Assembly (NCBI GenBank): GCA_030324005.1
Contig: JARDVH010000132.1
Location: 50,303,971 to 50,366,914 of the forward strand
Source of the DNA: Negaprion brevirostris
Lineage: Eukaryota
Direction: 5' to 3'
DNA: 62,944 nucleotides
Below the pieces are notes generated by a model. It was not told the origin of the DNA. It was given only the letters and a program-made list of their open reading frames with translations, and did not search any database. Of the stretch, positions 46,458 through 58,805 are shown piece after piece. Each line of letters begins with the position of its first letter. Positions within the stretch are counted from its first letter, which is position 1. Both the position numbers and the translations under genes were made by a program.

Positions 46458-46989
46458 TTCCCCCCCCTCAATGTTTTTAAATTCAATACACTAATACAAA
46501 TATAGATCAATGAGCATGACTTACCACAGGCAGGACTGGCTATGTTTTGGAAAATATGGCGTTAGTGGAGACTGGGCAATGGATCACTATCACGAAAAGA
46601 ATTAGAGTAATCCAGTTTAGAAGTAACAAGTGTGGATATGTTTTTCAGTAGAGCTGAGGCAGGGAAAATGTAGGTGGGAGTGTAGGCGAGCAATGTTATG
46701 GAGGTGTAAGTAGGATGTTTTAATGATTTAGGACATAGAATTTGAAGCCCACCTAAGGATCAAACAGTGCCAAGGTTAAGCCTGGCTTTGCTCAGCCTGT
46801 ATAAATGGTCAGGAATGGCTTGGAAAGGGAATCTCCTTAATCTCAATAAACCAATCACATGCATGTTTCAAAGGCACATTTGATAAACACTGATGGTTTA
46901 TAAACAAGAGAGACAGGATAGACAGTTGTAAAGACCCAGTGGCATGTTAGGTCGTGAACGTAACAAGAACATGAGAAGTACAACAACAT

Positions 46990-47640
46990 GACATAAATAG
47001 CAACAGGAGTAGGGCATTTGCCCCCTTAAGTCTGCTGTGCCATTCAGTAAGATCATGGCTGATTTACCTGAAACCCACCTTCTCACACCAATCCCATCAG
47101 CCTTCATTTTCGAAAATCTGTCAATGCCTGACTTGAAGATAATCAATAACTGAGCATCCACTGCTCTCTGTTAGAAAGTTTCAAAAGTTCACATAGCTTT
47201 AAATGAAGAAATTTCCTGTCTTCTCAGTCTTATGTGAATGACCCCTTAAAATTCTTGTTTAAATGCCATTCAGTTCCCTTTCAAAAGTACTTCACAAGAG
47301 TTTGCTTCAAAAACAATTTATGGCAAGGCATTCCACATTCTTATCACCTTCTATGTAAAGAATTTTGAGAATTTGCCATTTAAATTTGTGCTCCCTTCTT
47401 ATCGTATTATTGATGAAAGTAAAAATTTAGTATTATTTGCATAACCAGAATGCTTAATAATCTTGAAGACTTATCAGGCCCCTTTTCAACCTTTTCAGCT
47501 CCAGTAGGGAAAGAAGCCCCAATTTTAACCATGTTCAGTCATTCACAAGTGAATCTGCCCTGTGCCTTTCTCCATGACATTTATAACCTGCTACTATGCA
47601 CAATAATCCAAATGTAGCCTGTCTAAGGCCTTGAATAAAT
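46990..47640 (-). mobile_element. Decayed CR1 3' fragments
   Basis: acataaatagcaacaggagtagggcatttgccccc...cattcagtaagatcatggctgat is the reverse of a CR1 tail. Confidence 0.6.
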
Positions 47641-47869
47641 TCAGTATTGTTTTATAACTTTTGCGCATAGATACAAAACCAGGGATTCAGTTTGTATTGA
47701 TTGTGTTTTCTGGAACACTAGTTCATATACTGTTAAACAAGGTTTGTTATTTCATACCGAACAAATTTTATTCAAATATTTCATGCTCTTAAGATTGTGT
47801 AAATTTAATACCTAGCAATTTAGATACATGCTCTAACAGGACATTCATCTGACATAGTTTCATATGTTG

Positions 47870-48075
47870 TTCTCCCCATATCTGCATGGGTTTCCTCCCA
47901 CAGTCCGAAATATGTGGGTTAGGTTGATTGGCCATGATAAATTGACCCTTGTGCCAGGGGGTTAGCAGGGTAAACATGTGGAGTTACAGGAATAGGACCT
48001 GGGTGGGATTNNNNNNNNNNNNNNNNNNNNNNNNNNNNNNNNNNNNNNNNGCACTGTAGGGATTCTGTGATTCTA
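47870..48075 (+). mobile_element. Partial HE1-type V-SINE
   Basis: ggtttcctcccacagtcc...ggttaggttgattggccatg...gcactgtagggattctgtgattcta. Confidence 0.8.
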
Positions 48076-48888
48076 ATAAGGTTATTTTGGTTTCAGATGA
48101 AATGCAATTGATCAAGTTCACCCAAAATGTTTCCATACATTCATAACTCAAAAACATATGTATCGCATTAGCACTAATGCTGTGACCTAACAATTTTTAT
48201 GCAAATGACATGCAAGCTAACTACTTTATGCTTCTCTCAACTTCAGTGTAATTTTGAGTTCAGTGCCACTGTACCTTGATAGATGTTTTGATGCTCAGAA
48301 AATAATTAGGCTGCTCCTTGACCTAGTCATCTATCTCAGCCTGTACTGCAGTGTTTCATTTATCTTGCGAAATGAGCATTTAAGTTTTCTGAAAAGAATG
48401 ATTAACTTTATTTAGTGATCGCTCTAACTGCAGCAGTTAATGGCCTTTCACCCGTTTTTACATTAACCGCTTCCTACTCTCATAACAGTTTTGTTGCCTA
48501 ACTCTTGAAACAGCAACNNNNNNNNNNAGGCAGACATTATGAAAGTCTAAAAATGAGAAGCAAGTCAGATTTAAAGATCTTAACTTATAGTCAAACAAGA
48601 TTTTTAGTTGATCCAATTAACTTGTAGGGATTCACAGAAATGTAATGGGTGAAAATAACTGAGCTCACTCCAAATGTAACCGCTTTGGACAGTGAAATAG
48701 TAGATATAGTTTTTATGATGACAGAACTAATTATGACACGGCTATTCACTGTTTATTTAGCTAGTGCTAAACTGTACATCTAATGAAATATCTGCCTTAT
48801 TCAAAACATCCATTTAGTAGTAACAAAATGCAACTTTTGAAAGTTTAAGCATGCATCTAATGCTTATGGATCTACTTTTCTCATTTAG

Positions 48889-49003
48889 GTGCAGAGATAG
48901 ATTGTGAAGATAAGAATGGTAATACTCCCTTGCATATAGCTGCTCGATATGGGCATGAACTGCTCATAAACACATTAATCACCAGTGGAGCGGACACTGC
49001 AAA
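48889..49003 (+). CDS. ANKRD28: ANKRD28 exon (115 nt): [38 protein letters not shown]-(AA)
   Basis: Acceptor ttttctcatttAG, donor AA|GTGAGT. Confidence 0.95.
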
Positions 49004-49204
49004 GTGAGTAACAATTATTGATTTTGCCACTGCTTGCACTTTACTCAAACATGCATCACACATGAGCTTGATGAACAGCGGTTAGTAGTTCACCTGTAAA
49101 AACATCAGAGCAGAACCAAAGCTTGAACTCAGTTGGTGTTTCCATGTGTAGTTTTGTAGAGCATGTCCAGTCAGTGGTCAGGACTAAGGGCCTCGCTCTT
49201 TAGC

Positions 49205-49240
49205 TCTGGCTCTCTCTCTCTCTCTCTCTCTGTCTCTCGC
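49205..49240. repeat. (TC)n microsatellite
   Basis: Directly visible. Confidence 0.9.
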
Positions 49241-49254
49241 TCACACCGAGTGGG

Positions 49255-49350
49255 GGATATCCAGCATGGTCATCTAAGGCCTTTTGTTACCTCACTGCTG
49301 CCACGGCTGAGGTCAACCAACTCAGCACAGATCTAAGTTTCAACCTGATT
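49255..49350 (-). mobile_element. LF-SINE-like ancient SINE fragment
   Basis: Minus strand tctgtgctgagttggttgacctcagccgtggcagcagtgaggtaacaaaaggccttag resembles the recalled LF-SINE core ctgtgctgagttagctgatctcagc. Confidence 0.4.
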
Positions 49351-50519
49351 TTAAACAAGCTGTCCACATTGGCACTGTGCTTATCGTTAACACAGACATC
49401 TGAGCCATGACTCCAATTCGCCTTCTTTCAGGAATTCAGTTTAATAAGTCTTGCTTCATAACCTGAGATCCCTAGTCTTAGAATAATTCTGTGAATCATA
49501 CTGTATTAATGTTCTTAATAGGTGCCTAAAATTACAGGCATTTTCTTTAAACATTCTCTCAAAAGATTAAACATGTACAATCAAATGCATGGCCTACAAA
49601 AGGACTGAATTTGGTGGGAGCTCCTTATTTTTCTCATTTGAAATGTGGTCTATGCAAGGTTAAATTAATTTAGTTTTAACTATTTAGTTCCATTATTTAG
49701 CAATAATAGTTTATGTTGACTGGATTACTTTCAATAATTCAACCCAAATCCTTTTCTTCGTTACTTATTCACTGAATGGAAATTCCCTCAGAACTGGAGT
49801 TCAGCCCTATTTCTAAATGAAAATCCTCAGAACACTCATCAGAGAACAACAATAAAAAGATACAGGTGCCAAGAATGGTTGGATAATTAGTAGAGATAAT
49901 GAAACATTTGATCAAAATTATGGGCTCTGGGTAAGTTTTCAACGGTCGAGTTAGGGGAATAAATAAATGGAGAGACTTTGGGAGCAACTCCTGAAAATCA
50001 GACTGGCAGCTGAAGACTCTGCGATCAAGTGATGGGGAGTAAAGATGGCAGAGATGCTTGGAGCACATTACTCTCAGTAAAACTGATCTTACGTTCTTTA
50101 ATTCAAGCAGATCTCTCAATGCTTGTTGCGTCAGTTACTTGTCACCCTGATAAGGTTCTGCACAATTTATGTGTACTGTGAAACCCCTCCAGAATTCCAT
50201 AGGTCACTGTCTTTCTACAGATCAGTTTTCAAATTTATTACCTGCTTTTCCTTTGTTGAGATTCTTTCCAATCCAACTTGATAATTTGACTTTTGTTTTG
50301 GACTGTAACATTTTTAAAAAATCATGCATGTGGAATGTTTTCTGCAAATGCTGTTTCTGCATATTCTTCTTAGTATTCATAGAATATGTTTTTGATATTC
50401 ATAAATTCATTATTTAATAAATAATTCTCCCAATGCTCATTGAGTTGGGGATTATAGTACTGAAATCATATATTGATCATGAATTAAATATTTCACTTCT
50501 GCTCTGATGGGTCCTGCCC

Positions 50520-50665
50520 AAAGTGTAGATTGCTATGTTAAATGGCCATGCTAAATTCTCTCTGTGTACCCAAACAAGTGCCAGAGTGTGGCGACTAGAG
50601 GATTTTTACAGTCACTTCAATGTAGTGTTAATGTAAGCATACTTGTGGCACTAATAAATAAACTT
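50520..50665 (+). mobile_element. Truncated V-SINE with Rex-type tail
   Basis: ggccatgctaaattc...gtggcgactagagg...acttgtggcactaataaataaactt. Confidence 0.75.
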
Positions 50666-52304
50666 CGACTGATATTTTAAAAAATATTTGGTCGACTNNN
50701 NNNNNNNNNNNNNNNNNNNNNNNNNNNNNNNNNNNNNNNNNNNNNNNNNNNNNNNNNNNNNNNNNNNNNNNNNNNNNNNNNNNNNNNNNNNNNNNNNNNN
50801 NNNNNNNNNNNNNNNNNNNNNNNNNNNNNNNNNNNNNNNNNNNNNNNNNNNNNNNNNNNNNNNNNNNNNNNNNNNNNNNNNNNNNNNNNNNNNNNNNNNN
50901 NNNNNNNNNNNNNNNNNNNNNNNNNNNNNNNNNNNNNNNNNNNNNNNNNNNNNNNNNNNNNNNNNNNNNNNNNNNNNNNNNNNNNNNNNNNNNNNNNNNN
51001 NNNNNNNNNNNNNNNNNNNNNNNNNNNNNNNNNNNNNNNNNNNNNNNNNNNNNNNNNNNNNNNNNNNNNNNNNNNNNNNNNNNNNNNNNNNNNNNNNNNN
51101 NNNNNNNNNNNNNNNNNNNNNNNNNNNNNNNNNNNNNNNNNNNNNNNNNNNNNNNNNNNNNNNNNNNNNNNNNNNNNNNNNNNNNNNNNNNNNNNNNNNN
51201 NNNNNNNNNNNNNNNNNNNNNNNNNNNNNNNNNNNNNNNNNNNNNNNNNNNNNNNNNNNNNNNNNNNNNNNNNNNNNNNNNNNNNNNNNNNNNNNNNNNN
51301 NNNNNNNNNNNNNNNNNNNNNNNNNNNNNNNNNNNNNNNNNNNNNNNNNNNNNNNNNNNNNNNNNNNNNNNNNNNNNNNNNNNNNNNNNNNNNNNNNNNN
51401 NNNNNNNNNNNNNNNNNNNNNNNNNNNNNNNNNNNNNNNNNNNNNNNNNNNNNNNNNNNNNNNNNNNNNNNNNNNNNNNNNNNNNNNNNNNNNNNNNNNN
51501 NNNNNNNNNNNNNNNNNNNNNNNNNNNNNNNNNNNNNNNNNNNNNNNNNNNNNNNNNNNNNNNNNNNNNNNNNNNNNNNNNNNNNNNNNNNNNNNNNNNN
51601 NNNNNNNNNNNNNNNNNNTGGTCGACTAGTCTTGTATTCAAGGGTTGCAACTGTGTGTTATGATTTATCAATACATGAATAAATAAAAGATGTCCATTGA
51701 GAAGAACATCAGCTAAGGATCTCAGTTCACGTGCTGGAGCTAGTTATTCCATCTTTTTGGTATTAGGTAACTGCAGTTTGAAGAATCAGGACTATATACC
51801 TCTGCCAAAACAGTTTGAGTACAATTCTGCTTTTGAATGTTTACTGTCAGGCGTAGTCTAATTTTCACTGGAAAGAAGATATTTTGCATTTATAGGCTCA
51901 TTTCTTGAAGTACAGCGAGCTAATTAACCATATAATGGTTCCAATATGTGTTTATTAGCATTGCTTTTTTAATATCAAAAAAAAGGTAAACTTTTTAAAT
52001 GCAGTGTAAAAGTAAGACTTCTAACGGGCAGCAACCCTCATGCAATTTTACAAGAGTGAGGTCATTAACTGTCCTAAATGCTGTTTTGAAATACAAGGGC
52101 ACACAAGTGTTTATACTATACTAAGCACTGGTAGCAGCAGTCACATGTTAAAGAGGATTTCAGTTTCTTTATTGGCAATTTTGGAAGACACTGAAGCTTA
52201 GCAGTAAAGCCACTGCCGGCTTTATTACTGAATATAAATCTTAAAGCTGTAGAAAACCTGAAAACTCATTTTAGTGCACCTTAGAACATCACTGCCTCGA
52301 GGTT

Positions 52305-53250
52305 CCCCTTGTCATTCTTTCAATGTCACTGGGTNNNNNNNNNNNNNNNNNNNNNNNNNNNNNNNNNNNNNNNNNNNNNNNNNNNNNNNNNNNNNNNNNN
52401 NNNNNNNNNNNNNNNNNNNNNNNNNNNNNNNNNNNNNNNNNNNNNNNNNNNNNNNNNNNNNNNNNNNNNNNNNNNNNNNNNNNNNNNNNNNNNNNNNNNN
52501 NNNNNNNNNNNNNNNNNNNNNNNNNNNNNNNNNNNNNNNNNNNNNNNNNNNNNNNNNNNNNNNNNNNNNNNNNNNNNNNNNNNNNNNNNNNNNNNNNNNN
52601 NNNNNNNNNNNNNNNNNNNNNNNNNNNNNNNNNNNNNNNNNNNNNNNNNNNNNNNNNNNNNNNNNNNNNNNNNNNNNNNNNNNNNNNNNNNNNNNNNNNN
52701 NNNNNNNNNNNNNNNNNNNNNNNNNNNNNNNNNNNNNNNNNNNNNNNNNNNNNNNNNNNNNNNNNNNNNNNNNNNNNNNNNNNNNNNNNNNNNNNNNNNN
52801 NNNNNNNNNNNNNNNNNNNNNNNNNNNNNNNNNNNNNNNNNNNNNNNNNNNNNNNNNNNNNNNNNNNNNNNNNNNNNNNNNNNNNNNNNNNNNNNNNNNN
52901 NNNNNNNNNNNNNNNNNNNNNNNNNNNNNNNNNNNNNNNNNNNNNNNNNNNNNNNNNNNNNNNNNNNNNNNNNNNNNNNNNNNNNNNNNNNNNNNNNNNN
53001 NNNNNNNNNNNNNNNNNNNNNNNNNNNNNNNNNNNNNNNNNNNNNNNNNNNNNNNNNNNNNNNNNNNNNNNNNNNNNNNNNNNNNNNNNNNNNNNNNNNN
53101 NNNNNNNNNNNNNNNNNNNNNNNNNNNNNNNNNNNNNNNNNNNNNNNNNNNNNNNNNNNNNNCTCACCATCACCTTCTCAAAGGCAACTTGGGATGGATA
53201 ATAAATGTTGGTCTAACTAGTGATGTCCACATCCAATAATTGAATTTTAA
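52305..53250 (+). mobile_element. LINE 3' end flanking a gap (CR1-like, partner of the 19150 SINE tail)
   Basis: ctcaccatcaccttctcaaaggcaacttgggatggataataaatgttggtctaactagtgatgtccacatcc. Most of the span is N. Confidence 0.5.
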
Positions 53251-53944
53251 AAATCAGATATGATTTTATTAAATGGCAGACGAGACTTGAGAGGCTGAAA
53301 GGCCTACTATTCCTTGTCCATATGTTCATGAGATCGGTCAGAAGATAGGGCACAGGTGGGGGTGAGCTGGAGAGATGTGGGTGGTTGTGTGATCATTTTT
53401 GGGAGATAAGTGAGCAGTGTCAGGAGGGAGTGAACAATTTTGGGTGGGGATTGGGAGAGCAGTGGTGGGAAAGTATGAGCAGTGTTAGGATTGTCATTCT
53501 GCTGGCATGCCTTGACACTCCACTGATGTACTTAAAAACTTGTTCAAGTACGCAGTTCTACATTTGCTAGGAAAAGCACTGTGTAAATCAGTGAAAACAC
53601 CAGGTAAGCATACAGAAAAATCCCAAGTCTGTGTGGATATGACCATCTCCCACTATTATAAGGATTTGTGGAGCAGTCTGGACTGCAAAAAGCTGACAAT
53701 TGTAAGTGTAAACTTCCTGTGTAAGTACTGTGCGTCATGACTTCCTCACCATCCTGTTGCACATCAGCAGCTTACCTTGAATCATTCACGACTGCTGATA
53801 TTAAAAGATTCAGATCACTTGCAGTGTTCAGTTTAATCTGTTGCTTTTAGGATTGTTTTAAACATCTTCTCTGAATCTTCTCCAAAGTAGAGAATGCATG
53901 ATTGTTACTTGAATACCTTAAACTTTGATTTGATTTGTCACATG

Positions 53945-54218
53945 TAGCAGACAAAAGGCAGGGAATTATAGGCCGGTTAGCTAAAGTCCGTAGTTAGAAA
54001 AATGCTAGAATCTATCATCAAAGAAGAAATAACAAGACACCTAGAAAAGAATGGTTTGATCAAGCGGATGCAGACGGATTCGTGAAGGGGAAGTCGTATT
54101 TAACAAATTTATTGGATTTCAATGAGGATGTGACTAGTGCAGTAGACAGAGGGGAACCGGTGGATGTGGTGTTTTTAGATTTCCAGAAGGCATTCGATAA
54201 GGTGCCTCACAAAAGGTT
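53945..54218 (+). mobile_element. CR1 RT fragment
   Basis: GNYRPVS; ORF 54082.. KGKSYLTNLLDF...VDVVFLDFQKAFDKVPHKR. Confidence 0.88.
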
Positions 54219-54319
54219 NNNNNNNNNNNNNNNNNNNNNNNNNNNNNNNNNNNNNNNNNNNNNNNNNNNNNNNNNNNNNNNNNNNNNNNNNNNNNNNNNN
54301 NNNNNNNNNNNNNNNNNNT

Positions 54320-54800
54320 GATTTTCCAAGGCGATAAGTGTAGAGAGTGTCAGTGAATGCGAGGCTGGTCTGGGTGATGGACAGGGCTTCATTCACGACT
54401 CTTTGTAGTTTCTTAGGTAGAGAGGAGCCTTATCAAGCTGTGATACAACCAGAAAGAATGCTTTCAATGGTGCATCTATAGAGGTTGGTGAGAGTCATAG
54501 CGGACATGCGAAATGTCCTTAGTCCCCTGAGAAAGTAGAGGCATTGGTGGGCTTTCTTAATTATAGCGTCCACACAGAGAGACCAGGATAGGTTGTTGGT
54601 GAGCTGAACATCTAAAATCTGAAGCTCTTGACCATTTCTACTTCATTCCCATTGGTATAGACAGGGGCATGCCCTCCACTATGCTTCCTGAAGGTGATGA
54701 CCATCTCCTTCATTTTGTTGACATTGAAGGAAAGATTATTGTCATCACACCAGTTCACCAGATTCTCTATCTCTTTCCTGTACTATGCCTTGTCATTATT
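54320..54800 (-). mobile_element. Rex1/Babar LINE fragment
   Basis: Collinear with 7540-8000 (gtagaggcattggtgggctttcttaattatag; caccagttcaccagattctctatc). A tail piece at ~53925-53945 suggests the CR1 above may be nested in it. Confidence 0.8.
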
Positions 54801-55219
54801 TTACATTGTTACCATTTAGTTGCCCTTCATAGCTTCTAGTTAATGAATACCTTTGCTGTCGTCCAACAACCAAAATTATGCATCATTAGCTAGAACTGGT
54901 GTGACAACCTTACGTACACATGCATCTTTTGGAATTTATGCCCTGTCTCTCAACCTTTGTCTGAAAATAGAGTGAATTTTGTGCATTGTTGCCAGCAGTT
55001 ACACGATTCCAGTGAGTTAATTACTAATATCACAGATCTATTTGAATTATGCCTTCTATTCTAGGGCTAACTAGTTTATGCTGTTATTGTTTATTTCTCA
55101 TCCCTAGTCTAATTGATTTACATTAGTCAATTGTAAAAACTATTTACCACTTATTAACTGCCTTCCAGAATTTATCCAGATTCTTCTGTAGTTACCAAAT
55201 ATGATATCAAGGGAGATAC

Positions 55220-55980
55220 TGTTACAATCCTCAAAGAAACTGCTCACTTTTAATAAGATTAGTTTCCCAATGAACAGAAAACACAAGATTTCACGTTTAA
55301 GACTTTTATTCTAACAGCCAAACTGAAATCAACATAGTTCAAACAATTAACAACCTACCAATACATCAAACTAAAGAAAAAGGTAAGTTTTGCATTAACT
55401 AACATAGCCAAAACATGTCTTACAAAACTCCTTCACTGTGCATCCTACTTCTGACAGATATTAGCATTACAGGAATAGTCCTACAATCGCTTCTATCTGT
55501 CTAAAGTTCTTCCCACTTCATCAGGTCAAAGTTTCCGTTGTTCTTCGACAATTGTTCCACTCAGCCCAAGTTTTTCTAGATACAGTTATCACCTGCAAGG
55601 CATGCTTTAATGACTCTCCATTTCTTAAATGTTCACAATCCCCGTCTGTCCTGTTTCCTTGCTTTTGAACAGAAACCAAACACTCACCAACATCCTGCTT
55701 GGTCTGTAGCACCAAACGGTCCACTGGCTTTCTCACAGCAGTAGCTTCATTATGTCCCCTAATTGAGCAGCAGCTGTCCTTTTTCTGTATATATAAAGGT
55801 AATAAACTGCCAATAGGTTTTCAGTTGAATTTCTCTCCCATAAACCAGTTCACATGGGCACTTCTCTGAACTGAGGTGGTTCTTGTGACTTCAACATCCA
55901 TTCTTTCAAAATTATCTGTTTCACTTTAAGTTATAGGGAGTATATTAGATCACAGCATCCTGTAAAACTCAGCATTCATG
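55220..55980 (-). mobile_element. Possible long solo LTR
   Basis: Begins TGTTACA, AATAAA on minus strand (~55305), ends near gcattcatga; gatactgt occurs at both boundaries. Termini ambiguous. Confidence 0.35.
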
Positions 55981-56034
55981 ATACTGTGTGTGCATGTTCT
56001 CTGCACTTATTAATCACAAGCTCTTTACGTAGCA

Positions 56035-56378
56035 TCATAGAATCGCACAGTGCAGAAGGACGCCATTCAGTCCATCTAGTCTGCACCAACTCTCTCTGAC
56101 AGAGTACCTTACCCAGACCCTATACCCATAATCTTACACGCTTGCCATGGCTAATTCATCTAACCTACATATCTTAGGGGACTAAGGGCACTAAGGGGCA
56201 ATTTAGCATGGCCAGTCCATCTAATCTGTACATCTTTGGTCTGTGGGAGGAAACCAGAGCACCCGGAAGAAACTCACACTGATACGGGGTGAACATGCAA
56301 ACTCCACGCAGTCATCCAAGACTGGAATTGAATCTGGGTCCCTGGCACTGTGAGACAGTAGTGCTAACCACTGTGCCA
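56035..56378 (-). mobile_element. HE1-type V-SINE, full length
   Basis: Tail tcatagaatcgcacagtgcagaagg to head gtgctaaccactgtgcca. Confidence 0.85.
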
Positions 56379-56988
56379 GGCGATTTAACAAATTAACAAT
56401 TACTGTCATCTGTCATTTCTTAAGCCAAAAACACATTTGGAACAACCATTCACTGAGGATTACTTATAGGAGTATTAATACTGCAAACAGAATTACTAAT
56501 GAAGAAAGAACTTGCATTTATGTAGCAAATAATCACCTTTCTGAAAAGTATTCATGGCATTTCATGTACATGAATCTATTTTAGTTACAATTGTTCTGTG
56601 TCAGCTATTGTGACAGTAGCCCAAGGCTGATTGCATTTGTTCACAGGGTGAGGACATGTGACTTTTCCATTTGTTTATAATTTTCAACTATGTGTATTGT
56701 ATTTTAATTAGTGTACATATAGTTTTCTTACACTTGTATTGTATTTATCCAAATCTAATATTAGCAAACGATATGGGGCTGACAGAATGATCAGTGTATA
56801 GTAACCTACAACACTAGTGATGCAATCAAATCTGATATTTTAAATGATGGTTTTTAATGCTAAACTAATTCCACTTCTGCCAAAAAGGATTGTGAAGATT
56901 TTAATTAAGGAGAACAGTTATTGGTTCTAAGAATAATGTGATATCTTGAATAAATTTACGTTTTTAAAATTCTGCTTTTCCTCCCTAG

Positions 56989-57071
56989 CCGGGGTATCCA
57001 TGGAATGTTTCCACTACATTTAGCAGCCTTAAGTGGCTTTTCTGATTGCTGTCGAAAGCTGTTGTCCTCAG
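56989..57071 (+). CDS. ANKRD28: ANKRD28 exon (83 nt): (N)[28 protein letters not shown]
   Basis: Acceptor cttttcctccctAG, donor G|GTATTT. Confidence 0.95.
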
Positions 57072-57204
57072 GTATTTGTAATAAAGTAAAACCTTTAGTT
57101 ACAAATTCGTGCTTTGATCTCTTTCAAAATCATCACTTAGCTTTCTCTGACTTTTTACTCAGTCCTCAATACTGAAGGTTAAAACAAAGATAATCACGAA
57201 CATG

Positions 57205-57750
57205 GCCATAAGACAGAGGAACAGAAGTAGGGCTTTCCGTCCCTTGAGTCTGCTTCCCATTCAGTAAGATGTGACTGACCTGATAACGTGAAGTCTACTT
57301 TCCTGCCCTATTCCCCATAACCCTTGATTCCATTACTGATTAAAAATCTGTCTTTCAGCCTTGAGTGTACTCAATGACCCAATCTCTACAGTCCTTTGCG
57401 GTAAAGGATTCCACAGATTTACTACCCTTCTAAGAAAAGAAGTTCCTCCTCATTTTTGTCTTAAATGGGTGGCCACTTAGTCTGAAATTATGCCTTCTGG
57501 TCCTAGACCTTCTTACAAGGGGAAACAGCCTCTCAGCATCTACTCTGTCAAGTGCCCAGAGAATCCTTCGTGTCTCAGTAAGGTCATCTCTCATTCTTCC
57601 GAACTCCAGTGAGTACAGGCACAACCTCTCCTCTTAAGAACATCCCCCCATTACCCAGGTTCAGTCTAGTTTAGCTCATTTGTACTGCTTCAGTGCCAGT
57701 ATTCAGTTTGGACTGCTTCAATTCCTTAGCTAAGAGGACCAAAACTGTAG
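57205..57750 (-). mobile_element. CR1 3' fragment
   Basis: ORF 57430..57624 (LYSLEFGRMRDDLTET...SRTRRHN). Confidence 0.82.
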
Positions 57751-58741
57751 GAATCCTCCTCAGATGACGGTGTAAAATGAGCAATATGCCATCGGCAGCC
57801 CATAAAACACAGCCTGTGATATTTAGCTGAATTGCCATCAATGTTGCATATTTCTGAGAATGCTGTTTCCTATAAGGCTCATTTTACACTGAGACAAATT
57901 TCTAACGCATGACCAGTATTCATTACCTTTTTAAGTTAATTCCAATGCTCTTAAAACCTGCATTTTGTTTATAGTTGAATATTGGATCCCCAATTATGCT
58001 TGCTTCAGCACTTTACAATTGCTTTCTGGATAATCAAATTACCATTGTTATTATGTGGAATGAGGAACTAATTAAAAAACCTGTACCTGTTCTTGTTATC
58101 TGATTCGTCTCCCATAGACTTCCACTCCCAAAATTACATGCATTTCCTTGTTTGCTACATAAAATTAAGATGGAATAAAATAAAAGATAAATATGCTAAA
58201 AAGTAATGCACGAGTATATCTGAATGATGTATGTAGTAAACCTGCAAACGTTAAATGAATCTGAATTTCTTGTGTGCTTCAAGCTCATTATTGTGCTGTA
58301 GAAACTTGAGAGTTTACTGGAATAAATTGGGAATTTCCTAAAATAGTTTCCTCTTCCCTATGACAATTGTTGCATACTGATTACCTTAATGTAAGTAACT
58401 TTCCTTCCAAAGGTGTGACAAGTTCTGACACCACTGCCCTGATCTCATGCCCATCTATTAAAAGTTCTGTATCTTATGTACCATGAGGTAACATCACACT
58501 AAGTGAATATTACACTACCAGTCAATGTGTGGACAGGGATTATCAGTTGATTATTTTAAACACAATGCATTTAATTTTCTGTTTTTGTTAGCACGTAAAG
58601 AAGGTGCTTTCAGTTTTTGAAAACTGTTGCTAGATAAAACTCTGCTTAGTACCAGATCAGCTATAAAAGTTCTGCTGACAGATTGGCAGAAGAGATGAAT
58701 GTTCCTTTTGTAGTTTCACAAAGTGCTTATTCATTTCACAG

Positions 58742-58805
58742 GCTTTGATATAGACACCCCAGATGAATTTGGCAGGACCTGTCTTCATGCGGCTGCTGCT
58801 GGAGG
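58742..58805 (+). CDS. ANKRD28: ANKRD28 exon (64 nt): [21 protein letters not shown]-(GG)
   Basis: Acceptor ttcatttcacAG, donor GG|GTGAGT. Last exon visible; the gene continues past the window. Confidence 0.95.

Noticed and set aside
50689-51627. tggtcgact on both sides of a 921-N gap (possible TSD)
   Set aside because: The gap content is unknown, and a short contig overlap explains it equally well.
50628-53239. Long ORFs of about 240-350 aa in the ORF track (also 16370-17325)
   Set aside because: Composed almost entirely of X from N runs.
57072-58741. Assignment to the paralogues ANKRD44/ANKRD52, and a search for their extra short exon (…YSIVS…NEHVLSAG) in this intron
   Set aside because: Recalled diagnostic residues ([33 protein letters not shown]) fit ANKRD28 and no such exon is recognisable. 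The gtgctttcag near 58604 lacks a donor and a matching frame.
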